Assembly (NCBI GenBank): GCA_028448965.1
Contig: JAONQT010000001.1
Span: 1-60,528 of the forward strand
Reading direction: 5' to 3'
Source of the DNA: Nitrosopumilus sp.
Lineage (GTDB): Archaea > Thermoproteota > Nitrososphaeria > Nitrososphaerales > Nitrosopumilaceae
DNA: 60,528 nt
Both the position numbers and the translations under genes were made by a program. Shown here in pieces: positions 48,569-57,613 of the stretch (positions are counted from its first letter, which is position 1; every line of letters starts with the position of its first letter). Under the pieces are notes generated by a model, which saw only the letters and a list, made by a program, of their open reading frames with translations, ran no database searches and was not told the origin of the DNA.

Positions 48569-48730
48569 TTATAATTCAAATTCTTGACGACATTTTTCAC
48601 ATTTTGCTCTTTCTTCACCAGGTGAGCCTAAGAGGAAAATTTTTCCAATTGTGTGACATAAAGGACACATTCCAGTGGTGGCATTTTTTGGACCCGTACG
48701 AATGATTTTTTGACTTTTTCTACGTCCCAT
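48569..48730 (-). CDS. Elf1-like zinc-ribbon protein (53 aa)
   Basis: MGRRKSQKIIR...CPLC...CEKC; basic N-terminus plus C4 ribbon as in transcription elongation factor Elf1. Confidence 0.7.
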   Translation of the reverse strand: MGRRKSQKIIRTGPKNATTGMCPLCHTIGKIFLLGSPGEERAKCEKCRQEFEL

Positions 48731-48766
48731 GAAAAAAACTCACCATAGCGGTCTATTAAGTTTTAA

Positions 48767-48853
48767 TGGCGCGGGGAGAGGGATTTGAACCCACGAGTTC
48801 TTGCGAACATGAAATTAGCAATCTCACGCCCTACCGGGCTAGGCGACCCCCGC
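48767..48853 (-). tRNA. tRNA-Ser(GCT), CCA encoded
   Basis: Anticodon arm TGAGA-TT-GCT-AA-TTTCA, long variable arm GTTC-GCAA-GAAC, GGTTCAAATCC, discriminator G. Confidence 0.95.
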
Positions 48854-48885
48854 ATAATTAAGACTAGATTTATCTGTAAATAAAT

Positions 48886-49632
48886 TCATTCGTTATCGTA
48901 TAAACTATAATTATTTACCATTTCATCCATGGACAATCTTTTACCACCAACAATTTTGAGATCTACATCTATTTTTTTGTCCAAGATTGTTAGAATGTTG
49001 TATGTATTTTCAAAAAATCCACGTACTCTTTCAGAAGTAGCTGTTCCAGCATTTACCACAGTTAAATTCCTAAAATTCCAAGCCCATGGTCGATGTTTAT
49101 GTCCACATAGTACAACATCAACATGAGTATCTAAAATAGTTCTTAAAACATCTCCAGCATCAACTACAGTTAATTGATCAGAACCAGTATCAGGGATTGC
49201 AATTAAGTGATGATGCATTGCTACAATTTTTATTTTGTTCTTGTATTTTTTCATAGTTCTATCTAACCAAATATTTTGTCGATAACCAACTTCACCATTA
49301 TTTCTATCAGGTCGTGCAGTACCGACTGTAACTAAAACAACATCATCAGATAATTCATTTACAGATTCAAAAGGGAAAAATTTTTTGAATAGTAAATAAC
49401 CAGTATTTCTATAATCGTGGTTTCCAGGCATAATAATGATTTTTTGTGTATTAAATTTTGATAACAATGATTTACATTTTTGATATTCTTTCATTAGTCC
49501 TTCATTAGTTAAATCTCCAGTAATTACAATTGTGTCAGGATTAAGTTCATTAATTTCTTGTACAAGTAAATCAAATTTATCTTCTAAAAATTGAGAACCA
49601 ATATGAAGATCAGATATTTGTACAATTATCAT
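48886..49632 (-). CDS. calcineurin-like metallophosphoesterase (Icc/CpdA-like)
   Basis: SDLH, TGDLT, PGNHD, HHH, GHKH. Confidence 0.93.
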   Translation of the reverse strand: MIIVQISDLHIGSQFLEDKFDLLVQEINELNPDTIVITGDLTNEGLMKEYQKCKSLLSKFNTQKIIIMPGNHDYRNTGYLLFKKFFPFESVNELSDDVVLVTVGTARPDRNNGEVGYRQNIWLDRTMKKYKNKIKIVAMHHHLIAIPDTGSDQLTVVDAGDVLRTILDTHVDVVLCGHKHRPWAWNFRNLTVVNAGTATSERVRGFFENTYNILTILDKKIDVDLKIVGGKRLSMDEMVNNYSLYDNE

Positions 49633-49727
49633 TAAAATTATTTTAATAAAATTAACTATTAAGTCATAACTATAGTTACAACAAAAACAAGGTAGAATTA
49701 ATTAGAAGTGTATAAAAAATTGCAATA

Positions 49728-50759
49728 ATGAGTAAGAAATCTGCAGTAATGAAAGGGGATGGTATTGGTCCAGAAGTTGTAGATTCAATGCTAAAAGTTC
49801 TAAAAGAATGTAATTTTCAATCAGAATTAATTTTATGTGAAGCAGGCTCAGAACAATGGGAGAAAAACGGTAGAAAAGACAAATCCTATATTCCAGATTC
49901 AACTATGCAAACATTAGAAGAGGTAGACTGTTGTTTTAAAGGACCAACTACAACAATACCAGTTCCAGGTGCACCGAAAAGTGTTGCAGTTACATTAAGA
50001 CAAAAATTTGAACTTTATGCAAATATTAGACCGACTAAAACTTATGATAGATTAACACCAAATCGAAAACTTGATTGTGTATGCTTTAGAGAAGCAACTG
50101 AGGGTCTCTATACAGGAGTAGAAACAAAGATTACAGATGATGCAGCAATTGCAATTAGAAAAATTACCAGAAAAGGAAGTAGAAGATTACTTGATTCAGC
50201 AGTAGATTGGGCAAACAAATTTGAAATGAAAAAAATGGTGGCAATTACAAAAAGAAATATCCTAAAACAAACAGATGGCATATTTTGGGATGAAACACAA
50301 AAGGCAGTTGAAGGAACTGGAATAGAATTATCTGAGATATACATAGACAACATGGCGCAACAAATGGTAATTGCAACTGAACAGTTTAACGGTTCAGTAT
50401 TAGTTAGTACAAATTTATTCATGGATATTATTTCAGAACTTGCATCAGCTCTAGTTGGCTCAATTGGATTAATTTATTCTGCAAATATTGGAGACAATTA
50501 TGCAATGTTTGAAGCAGCTCATGGAAGTGCACCGCAATTTACAGGACAAAACAAAGTAAATCCAACTGCAACTGTGTTATCAGGTGCATGGATGGCAGAT
50601 TATATGGGTGAAAGAGAAATAAGGGATGCAATATTTTCTGCGACTGAACAAGTCATCAATGAAGGTAAAACAGTGACATGGGATATCGGCGGTAATGCAA
50701 CTACTACGCAAATGACAGATGCAATAATCACATATGCAAAAAATAATTTAAGAAAATAA
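49728..50759 (+). CDS. isocitrate/isopropylmalate dehydrogenase family protein
   Basis: GDGIGPEV, LYANIRP, REATEGLY, NLFMDIISE, FEAAHGSAP, NPTA. Confidence 0.93.
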   Translation: MSKKSAVMKGDGIGPEVVDSMLKVLKECNFQSELILCEAGSEQWEKNGRKDKSYIPDSTMQTLEEVDCCFKGPTTTIPVPGAPKSVAVTLRQKFELYANIRPTKTYDRLTPNRKLDCVCFREATEGLYTGVETKITDDAAIAIRKITRKGSRRLLDSAVDWANKFEMKKMVAITKRNILKQTDGIFWDETQKAVEGTGIELSEIYIDNMAQQMVIATEQFNGSVLVSTNLFMDIISELASALVGSIGLIYSANIGDNYAMFEAAHGSAPQFTGQNKVNPTATVLSGAWMADYMGEREIRDAIFSATEQVINEGKTVTWDIGGNATTTQMTDAIITYAKNNLRK

Positions 50760-51296
50760 TTAATTTATTGCTTCCACAAGAATTAATTCTTCAAAAAAAA
50801 GTTTCTTTTTTGCAATTATTCTAGTTTTTAATCCTAATTTTTGTGCGTAATCTATGAGTTTTGAATAATTTGACAATGAAGAAGTGACAAAAATGAATTT
50901 ACCATTTTCTTTAAGATTGTTCAAAGCAGAATCAAATATTTTTTTTGGAATTTCAAATCCTTCAGCACCACCATCAGTTGCAATATCTAAAATTTTATCA
51001 GTTGCAAGATAGGGTAAATTACAAACAATAAAATCAAATTTTATTTTTAATGCATCTGAGCTATTACAACAAATCAAGTTATGTGTTTTGTAAGAACTTT
51101 GTTTTTGTAATACATTATAATTAATATCAGTTCCAATAACAAGAGAGAAATTATTACAAAGTAATTTAGTTAAATATCCAGATCCGCTACCAATATCTAA
51201 TGCATAATTTCCTTTTTCATTTTCAATATTGTTTGCAATAAAAAAAGTATCCTCGGATGGAGGATATTCATCATTTTTCAAGAATTTGTTTTGCAA
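50760..51296 (-). CDS. HemK2/N6AMT1-type methyltransferase
   Basis: YPPSEDTF, LDIGSGSG, NLPY, DGG..G, LFFEEL. Confidence 0.9.
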   Translation of the reverse strand: MQNKFLKNDEYPPSEDTFFIANNIENEKGNYALDIGSGSGYLTKLLCNNFSLVIGTDINYNVLQKQSSYKTHNLICCNSSDALKIKFDFIVCNLPYLATDKILDIATDGGAEGFEIPKKIFDSALNNLKENGKFIFVTSSLSNYSKLIDYAQKLGLKTRIIAKKKLFFEELILVEAIN

Positions 51297-51975
51297 GATT
51301 AACTATTTCATCTCCTGAAAGATCATCAACACGTTTCTCTATTGTACTTTGTTTATTGAATTGTTTTAAAATATTTTTTACGGTTTTTCGTCTATAAGAA
51401 AAAATATTATTAATTGTTGAAATTAACTTCTTATCTATAATAGTTTTTTTTGAAATTTTTAAAATTACTGAATCAACTTTTGGAGGAGGGGAAAAATTAT
51501 TCTTGCCAACATCAGATATTTTTTCTATATCAAATGCATAAGTTGCAATTATACTAATTGCCCTTCGATTTTTTGATGTTGCAACAAGTTTTTCTGCAAA
51601 TTCTTTTTGAACCATTATGATTCCATGAGAAAAAGAATTTTGGGCTAACCATTCAATTGCATCTTTGCTCTTAGAGTAGGGTAAATTAGAGACAAAAATT
51701 GAAAATTTATCCTTTTGTTTAAATCCATCACCCCATTTTAGTAGAAGATTATCAAGTTGAGTTAATTCAGATTTTGCTTTTTTTATTAAATTTCTATCAG
51801 CATCAACTGAGATAACTTTTTGAGCATTTTTACACAGTAATGAAGTTAGGATACCAAGTCCAGTTCCAATTTCAAAAACAACATCAGTTTTAGAAACTCT
51901 AGCTTCTTTAACAATTAATTCAGCAATAGATTTTGAATTAAGAAAATGTTGTCCCAATAATTTACGCTTTATCAT
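51271..51975 (-). CDS. rsmA: 16S rRNA adenine dimethyltransferase (KsgA/Dim1)
   Basis: LGQHFL, EIGTGLG, SNLPY, QKEFA, FSPPPKVDS. Confidence 0.95.
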   Translation of the reverse strand: MIKRKLLGQHFLNSKSIAELIVKEARVSKTDVVFEIGTGLGILTSLLCKNAQKVISVDADRNLIKKAKSELTQLDNLLLKWGDGFKQKDKFSIFVSNLPYSKSKDAIEWLAQNSFSHGIIMVQKEFAEKLVATSKNRRAISIIATYAFDIEKISDVGKNNFSPPPKVDSVILKISKKTIIDKKLISTINNIFSYRRKTVKNILKQFNKQSTIEKRVDDLSGDEIVNLAKQILEK

Positions 51976-52538
51976 TTCTTGACAAAGAGATTCATTCTAC
52001 TTTCACCAGAAATTTCATCCATAATTCGTTCAGAGATATGTTTGACTGGATCCTTAAACCCAACTCTATCTTGTAAATCTTCATAACTTTCAAATTTTTT
52101 CTTCTCTCTTTCTTCTAACATTGTTTTCATGTATGTTTTTCCAATTCCAGGAATTAATTCAAGTGCATGTATTCTTGGAGTTAATGGTCGTGAATTATTA
52201 AGATATTCCACAAATTTTGTTTCATTAGTAGTTACAATAGTTTCTACGACAGTAGATAGTTCACTTTGAGCAGCTGAAGAGATATTATCATATTCCATTT
52301 TTCCCAATACAGATGAAATTTTAGTTCTTCCTTCTTTACCAATGTAAATTTTTTCTCCGATTTCAAAACTTGAATTTTGAACCCCAAGAACTTCTAAAAG
52401 AGTTAAACGATCTTCGCCAATAGAAGTAATAATAATTCCATCTCGTCCTCGAACAGTAGTTGATTTTCCTCTGGGATTAAAATCTAAAACATATGCATAC
52501 TCTTCATATTTTCGAGGAGGGGATTGAGCCCGATACAA
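51972..52538 (-). CDS. DUF655 family RNA-binding protein
   Basis: EEYAYVLD, LTLLE, LELIPGIGK; conserved rpl21e-rpo4-DUF655-ksgA gene order. Confidence 0.92.
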   Translation of the reverse strand: MYRAQSPPRKYEEYAYVLDFNPRGKSTTVRGRDGIIITSIGEDRLTLLEVLGVQNSSFEIGEKIYIGKEGRTKISSVLGKMEYDNISSAAQSELSTVVETIVTTNETKFVEYLNNSRPLTPRIHALELIPGIGKTYMKTMLEEREKKKFESYEDLQDRVGFKDPVKHISERIMDEISGESRMNLFVKK

Positions 52539-52558
52539 AATTAATTACTCCGGAAAAA

Positions 52559-52885
52559 TTAAGAATGCTCCTGGATTATTTTGAGCATTTTTTCCAGGGT
52601 TTCGGCAAGAATTAATTTTTTCCAACCGAATGTAAATGAACGTAATTCAGCCATACTTGTTGGTCTGATATTTACAATTTCAACAGCTTCGTCTTCTGTC
52701 AATTCACAATCTTTGATAAGTTTCTTTTTCATTTCTTTTGCAACTTTAGAATCTATAGATACAAATTTTGAAACATAATCGTATGTCCAACGTTGTATTT
52801 GATCCATTTCTTCAACATCAACTTTACCTAAAATTTCTTTAACTTCAGAAAGAGAAATTGCTTTTTTTTGTTGTACTTCTTCCAT
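52559..52885 (-). CDS. rpo4: RNA polymerase subunit Rpo4 (F)
   Basis: IVNIRPTS..ELR; operon context. Confidence 0.92.
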   Translation of the reverse strand: MEEVQQKKAISLSEVKEILGKVDVEEMDQIQRWTYDYVSKFVSIDSKVAKEMKKKLIKDCELTEDEAVEIVNIRPTSMAELRSFTFGWKKLILAETLEKMLKIIQEHS

Positions 52886-52887
52886 AA

Positions 52888-53187
52888 TTATACACCGAAT
52901 GGTTTAATGTGATCTAATCTAGTGATTAAGGTTTTTGGTTTATTACCTAATTTTACACTCAAAGTGATAGCACGTCTACCAACATTTGTAATAAGACCTA
53001 CTTTTCCATGATATCTTCTATGTGGCAATCCCTTATGCTGTCGTGGATCAATGATAACAAGTGCTTGTTGACCTTCTTTATATTCACGTAACAAAAATGA
53101 CACTCCCCTTGGAGACTTTTTTGTCATTACAGATCTAGATTTATGTTTAAATCCATGTGAACGACCATGGGACTTCTTAGTTGCCAT
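52888..53187 (-). CDS. rpl21e: 50S ribosomal protein L21e
   Basis: GLPHRRYHGKVG, HIKP. Confidence 0.96.
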   Translation of the reverse strand: MATKKSHGRSHGFKHKSRSVMTKKSPRGVSFLLREYKEGQQALVIIDPRQHKGLPHRRYHGKVGLITNVGRRAITLSVKLGNKPKTLITRLDHIKPFGV

Positions 53188-53241
53188 GAGTCTAAAACCT
53201 TGGAAAGCCCTATTTTAACACTTAGGACATAATTCTAAAAA

Positions 53242-54297
53242 TTAACCAATAATGTCAGTTCTGAGTTGTCCACATGCAGCTGAGATCTCAGTACCTTTTT
53301 CAATTCTAATAGTACAATTAACACCTGCACTTGACAAAATTCTTTCAAATTCGTGAACTCGATTATTAGAAGGTCGTTTAAAATCCCCAGCTGTGGGATT
53401 AATAGGAATCAAGTTAACATGAGAACCATTACCTTGTAGAAGTTTAGCTAAAGTATTTGCAATTTCAGGGGAATCATTAATCCCATCCATTAAAGCATAT
53501 TCAAAAGTAACACGTCGGCCAGTTTTTTTAAAATAATTATAACCCAATTCAATTATTTCCTCAACAGAATTAGGGGTTGCAGTAGGAACTAATTTCTTTC
53601 GTAATTCATTAGTTGGTGCATGCAAAGATATTGCCAATCCTATTTGTAAATTTTCTTCAGCTAATTTTTCAATTCCAGATTTAATTCCAATAGTTGAGAT
53701 AGTTATATGACGTTGTCCCAATCCAAATCCTCTGGGATGAGTTAAAATTTTAACAGCCCTAATCATTTCGTCATAATTTGCCATAGGTTCACCCATTCCC
53801 ATGAAAACTAAATTTGTAACATGTTCATCTCTTTGTCGTAAAATCTCTTCAAAATGAATTACTTGTGATATAATATCTTCAGCTTTTAGATTTGTTTCAA
53901 AACCCATTTGTCCAGTTGCACAGAAAACACAGCCCATTGCACATCCAATTTGAGTTGAAACACAAATTGTTGATCTTGGGTGACCACCAATTTTGGTTGG
54001 GTCATATTGCATCAAAACAGTTTCAACAGAATTATTATCACTCAAATTAAGTAATAATTTAGTAGTATCCCCATCTTCACTTACAATACGATGAGTTTCT
54101 TTTGCAGAACCAATAGTATAACCAGATTCAATTAATTCAGTGATCAATTGTTTTGGAAGTTGTTTAATTTCAGAAATACTTTTTGGGAATTTATAATATA
54201 ATGGGAGTAAAATTTGATCTGCTCTGTAACGAGGATACCCCATATCAATTATTATTTTTTCCATTTCTTCAGGAAGAAATCGATAAAGATCAGTCAT
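53242..54297 (-). CDS. rlmN: RlmN-type radical SAM RNA methyltransferase
   Basis: CVSTQIGCAMGCVFCATG, FMGMGEP, ISLHA, FEY, ISAACGQL. Confidence 0.92.
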   Translation of the reverse strand: MTDLYRFLPEEMEKIIIDMGYPRYRADQILLPLYYKFPKSISEIKQLPKQLITELIESGYTIGSAKETHRIVSEDGDTTKLLLNLSDNNSVETVLMQYDPTKIGGHPRSTICVSTQIGCAMGCVFCATGQMGFETNLKAEDIISQVIHFEEILRQRDEHVTNLVFMGMGEPMANYDEMIRAVKILTHPRGFGLGQRHITISTIGIKSGIEKLAEENLQIGLAISLHAPTNELRKKLVPTATPNSVEEIIELGYNYFKKTGRRVTFEYALMDGINDSPEIANTLAKLLQGNGSHVNLIPINPTAGDFKRPSNNRVHEFERILSSAGVNCTIRIEKGTEISAACGQLRTDIIG

Positions 54298-54346
54298 GAT
54301 ACAAGATTACAATCCCAAATGATATTAGAATTTAATGAATTAGGAT

Positions 54347-54378
54347 AAAAGAAAAAGAAAAAGAAAAAGAAAAAGAAA
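54347..54378 (-). terminator. (TTTTTC)n hexamer tract, probable oligo-U terminator of radA
   Basis: About 5 copies of GAAAAA on the + strand, 11 nt past the radA stop. Confidence 0.6.
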
Positions 54379-54389
54379 TCTTCTAGAGG

Positions 54390-55535
54390 TTAGAAGTCAT
54401 CAGATGTAATATTTGCACCGTGATCTTCCACTATGTCTACTTCAGGTTCTACAGTAGCCTTAACTTCAGGTTCTACAGTAGCCTTAACTTCAGGTTCTAC
54501 AGTAGCCTTAATTTTTGGCTCCTTAGTTTTTTTAGTTGCTTTTTTTGCAGTCTTTTTTGGTTTTTTCTCTGCCTCTTCAGGATCAATAACTCCTGCTTCA
54601 CCTAAAGCAAAGATTACTTCTTCTTCAGGATGATGAGGACTATCTACCATTCGAGCAATTCGTTTCTTACCAGATTTCTTAAAGTAGATTCTGTAAGTAC
54701 TTGTATGTGCAACTACATTTCCACCAATAGGTCTAGTTGGATCTCCAAAGAAAACATCAGGAGATGCCATAACTTGATTGGTTGCAATTGCAGCACAATC
54801 ATATGTTTCTGCAATTCTAACCAACAAATGAACAAAATGATTTAGTTTTTGTTGTCTAACAGATAATGTTCCTCTTCCAAGGTATTCAGCACGGAATAAT
54901 CCAACTGCAGAATCTGCAACAATTAATTTAACATTGTTTTCTTCAATTATAGCACCAGCTTCTTCAAGAATTAAAACTTGATGTGCGCTGTTATATGCAC
55001 GTGCCACAATAATATTATCCAAAACTTTTTCTGGATCCATATCATGAGCTTGTGCAATTTGTACAATCCTTTCAGGTCTAAAAGTACCTTCAGTATCGAT
55101 ATACAAAACACCACCTTCAAGTCCACCTTCTTCTTTACTTTTTTGAACCATTACAGACATCGTATGAGCAAATTGTGTTTTACCACAACCAAATTCTCCA
55201 TAGACTTCTGTTAAGGCTCTAGTTTCAATACCACCATCAAATAATGTATCAAGACAATTTGTACCAGTTGTAATTTTGCCAATACTTTGTCGAGTTTTAT
55301 AGAGTTCACTTGCACTAATGAAATCTTTAGCAAGTAAGCCACCTTCAACTAAATGTTTTCGGGCTTTATTGACAATTTTTTCAGCTGTGTCCTTTTCCAT
55401 TCCAGTTATTTCTGCAATATCAACAGGACCTCTAACGATGAGATCCATGACGTTGTGGACACCTGCATCGGATAATTTTCTTGTAGTTACAGGACCTACG
55501 CCCTCTAAACTATCTAATCTTAAATCTTCAACCAT
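54390..55535 (-). CDS. radA: DNA repair and recombination protein RadA with low-complexity C-terminal tail
   Basis: TEVYGEFGCGKTQ, YIDTEGTFRPERI, ARAYNS, GRGTL..RQQ, TNQV, DSP. Confidence 0.97.
   Translation of the reverse strand: MVEDLRLDSLEGVGPVTTRKLSDAGVHNVMDLIVRGPVDIAEITGMEKDTAEKIVNKARKHLVEGGLLAKDFISASELYKTRQSIGKITTGTNCLDTLFDGGIETRALTEVYGEFGCGKTQFAHTMSVMVQKSKEEGGLEGGVLYIDTEGTFRPERIVQIAQAHDMDPEKVLDNIIVARAYNSAHQVLILEEAGAIIEENNVKLIVADSAVGLFRAEYLGRGTLSVRQQKLNHFVHLLVRIAETYDCAAIATNQVMASPDVFFGDPTRPIGGNVVAHTSTYRIYFKKSGKKRIARMVDSPHHPEEEVIFALGEAGVIDPEEAEKKPKKTAKKATKKTKEPKIKATVEPEVKATVEPEVKATVEPEVDIVEDHGANITSDDF
54439..54510 (-). repeat. three perfect copies of a 24-bp tandem repeat (KATVEPEV) in the RadA tail
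   Basis: ACTTCAGGTTCTACAGTAGCCTTA at 54439, 54463 and 54487. Confidence 0.95.
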
Positions 55536-55552
55536 ACCGTATAGTACGGTAC
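55534..55552 (-). promoter_or_regulatory. palindromic operator-like element overlapping the radA start
   Basis: Minus strand GTACCGTACTATACGGTAT(G); perfect TACCGTA-N3-TACGGTA; TTATAAAG lies 5 nt upstream. Confidence 0.75.
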
Positions 55553-55613
55553 CAGTACTTTATAAGAGTATTGTTGTAAAAACTAATTGTAAATCGTAAT
55601 AATGATTAAAACA

Positions 55614-55796
55614 CTAACGTCGTTTTCTTCTTTGACCAGGTTTGTTTTGTCCTGGATATCTACCTAAAGCAAATCGTTTTTTGAAATTACTTTTATTTGC
55701 AACACTAGAACTATCGCCTACAATTTTTCTACCTTCTACTTTAGGAGTTTGTCCTCTTACTTTACCTGCTTTAGTAAGTGATCCGTGAGTTGCCAT
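55614..55796 (-). CDS. rps30e: 30S ribosomal protein S30e
   Basis: HGSLTKAGKVRGQTPKV. Confidence 0.95.
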   Translation of the reverse strand: MATHGSLTKAGKVRGQTPKVEGRKIVGDSSSVANKSNFKKRFALGRYPGQNKPGQRRKRR

Positions 55797-55837
55797 GATT
55801 TAACCAATGAATTAGTGAATTTATGTATTTGGATAAT

Positions 55838-57571
55838 CTACCAATACTTTGCTTTGATAGTTTCAATGACTCTTTCGTGTTCAGGGCTTTTTCTACGTGC
55901 ATATTTTTCCATTGCACCTAGTGGAACTCCACCAAGAGATCTAGCAATTGCATTAAAGAAGTATCTTTGCGGTCCTCTTGCACCAGTCTTAGTCATGAAT
56001 TTTTGAATTGCATATTTGAAATTATGTTGCCATGTCTTGTAAAGAACACCTAGTTGGGCAGGAGTCATTTCTTGTCCAATGTTAAAGAATTGAGATGATT
56101 CTAACAATCCAATTGGGACAAAAGTTAGAGCAGTAGCAGTAAACATGGATTCAGGTTGCTCATGTTCTAATTCACTAAGCAATCTAATAGTTTCCCATGA
56201 ATCTTCAGGAGTTTCATCATTATCAAGACCCATAATCAAGGTAAATGCAGGAATCCAGTAATTTTCATTCATGGTTTTTACACCCTCTTTTACAACCCAA
56301 TGCCATTCAGATGGATCATATGGAGCAAGTTTTCTATCAGCGTATTTACCAATTAATCTAAGACTGCCAGTTTCTAATCCAGCTTGGACACCAATCATAT
56401 TATCAGGACCAGCTTTCATAATTCTAGATAAGTTTGGAAGAAGTTTTTCATCAGCGATTGCTCCAGCTAATGTACCGTGAGTTGGATTTGTGTGTTCAAC
56501 ACCAGTAGACATAATTGCAGTAAATAATTCCTCTAATGCTTCTCTATTTGGTTCCATTCCTTTTGCAGTTCTTGGATCCATACCATAGACAAAAATATCA
56601 TCACTGTGAATCCATGCAGACTTTGAACCACCTTTTTTAATGTTAACTTCAATTTCTTTTTTCACTTTTTCTGGAGAATAATATCTCAATGATCTTAATG
56701 TAACATCACAAAACTTACATCCCCTTCCACAACCACGCATTACTTCTACCATTCCATGCATGCTAGGTTCTACAATATCAGGAATCTCTTCTAACTCAGG
56801 TCTATCCCAGAAATTTACAAATCTTCCATGAATTTTTTTTCCTTCTCTTTCAAATTCTTTAATGTTAACTTTAAAGTCACTTCTTTTTCTGAAAGGATCC
56901 ATATTTTCAAAATCACCATTAATTAAATAATTGAAAAATCTTCCTGCATGTCCATCAATTTCAGGTGCAATGCCACCAAGCTCTCCCTCTAATATTGCAT
57001 AAATTCCAAACTCCTCAATTTTTGCAGGATCATAATTATATTGCCAAGTACCTGATGCACCAGAAATTACTTTAGCTTTACTTCCAGTTCTTGCTTTAGC
57101 AGCTTTAATTCTATGATGTAATTCTGCATTGTAAAATTCATCATAAGATGTCTGTTTTCTCCCATAAGTAAATGTCATAGTAACTGGACCCATTCCAAGT
57201 GGATCCATTTCATAAGTTCCAATAACTTCAGTTTCAGGACCAATAAATTTTTCAATATGATTTGGATGAGCAACAACAACATCTTTTCTTGCAAAGCCAT
57301 CACGTAACAAACCAGCTTCTAATTTTCTTAATCCATATGGAGCATATTTTGCTGCGCCATCAATATCAGGAGACCAATTGCAAATAAAATCAAATAGAAC
57401 TTTTGGAGTTACTTGTTTTCCAAGAATTTTATACCAAAAGCTCTTTGGATCTCTATTAGGGTCTAATGCAGGGGCACATCCGAAAAATGTTGCCAAAGAC
57501 AATCCCCTATACGGAGACATCAAAGTTCTATCAGCAGTTAAAACAATTTTTGGAGTTCCCATTACCTTCAC
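55838..57571 (-). CDS. B12-binding-type radical SAM protein, probable GDGT ring synthase (Grs) homolog
   Basis: IVLTADRTLMS, APYGLRK.EA.L, MDPLG.GP, RGCGRGCKFC, G.ETGS; Grs assignment is from family recollection. Confidence 0.7.
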   Translation of the reverse strand: MKVMGTPKIVLTADRTLMSPYRGLSLATFFGCAPALDPNRDPKSFWYKILGKQVTPKVLFDFICNWSPDIDGAAKYAPYGLRKLEAGLLRDGFARKDVVVAHPNHIEKFIGPETEVIGTYEMDPLGMGPVTMTFTYGRKQTSYDEFYNAELHHRIKAAKARTGSKAKVISGASGTWQYNYDPAKIEEFGIYAILEGELGGIAPEIDGHAGRFFNYLINGDFENMDPFRKRSDFKVNIKEFEREGKKIHGRFVNFWDRPELEEIPDIVEPSMHGMVEVMRGCGRGCKFCDVTLRSLRYYSPEKVKKEIEVNIKKGGSKSAWIHSDDIFVYGMDPRTAKGMEPNREALEELFTAIMSTGVEHTNPTHGTLAGAIADEKLLPNLSRIMKAGPDNMIGVQAGLETGSLRLIGKYADRKLAPYDPSEWHWVVKEGVKTMNENYWIPAFTLIMGLDNDETPEDSWETIRLLSELEHEQPESMFTATALTFVPIGLLESSQFFNIGQEMTPAQLGVLYKTWQHNFKYAIQKFMTKTGARGPQRYFFNAIARSLGGVPLGAMEKYARRKSPEHERVIETIKAKYW

Positions 57572-57613
57572 GCAAAATATTTGATGATGGATTTTAAACC
57601 TTACTGGTAAAAA

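Noticed and set aside
54439-54510. 24-bp repeats as a possible CRISPR array
   Set aside because: The copies are directly adjacent with no spacers, lie in frame within radA, and no cas genes are present.
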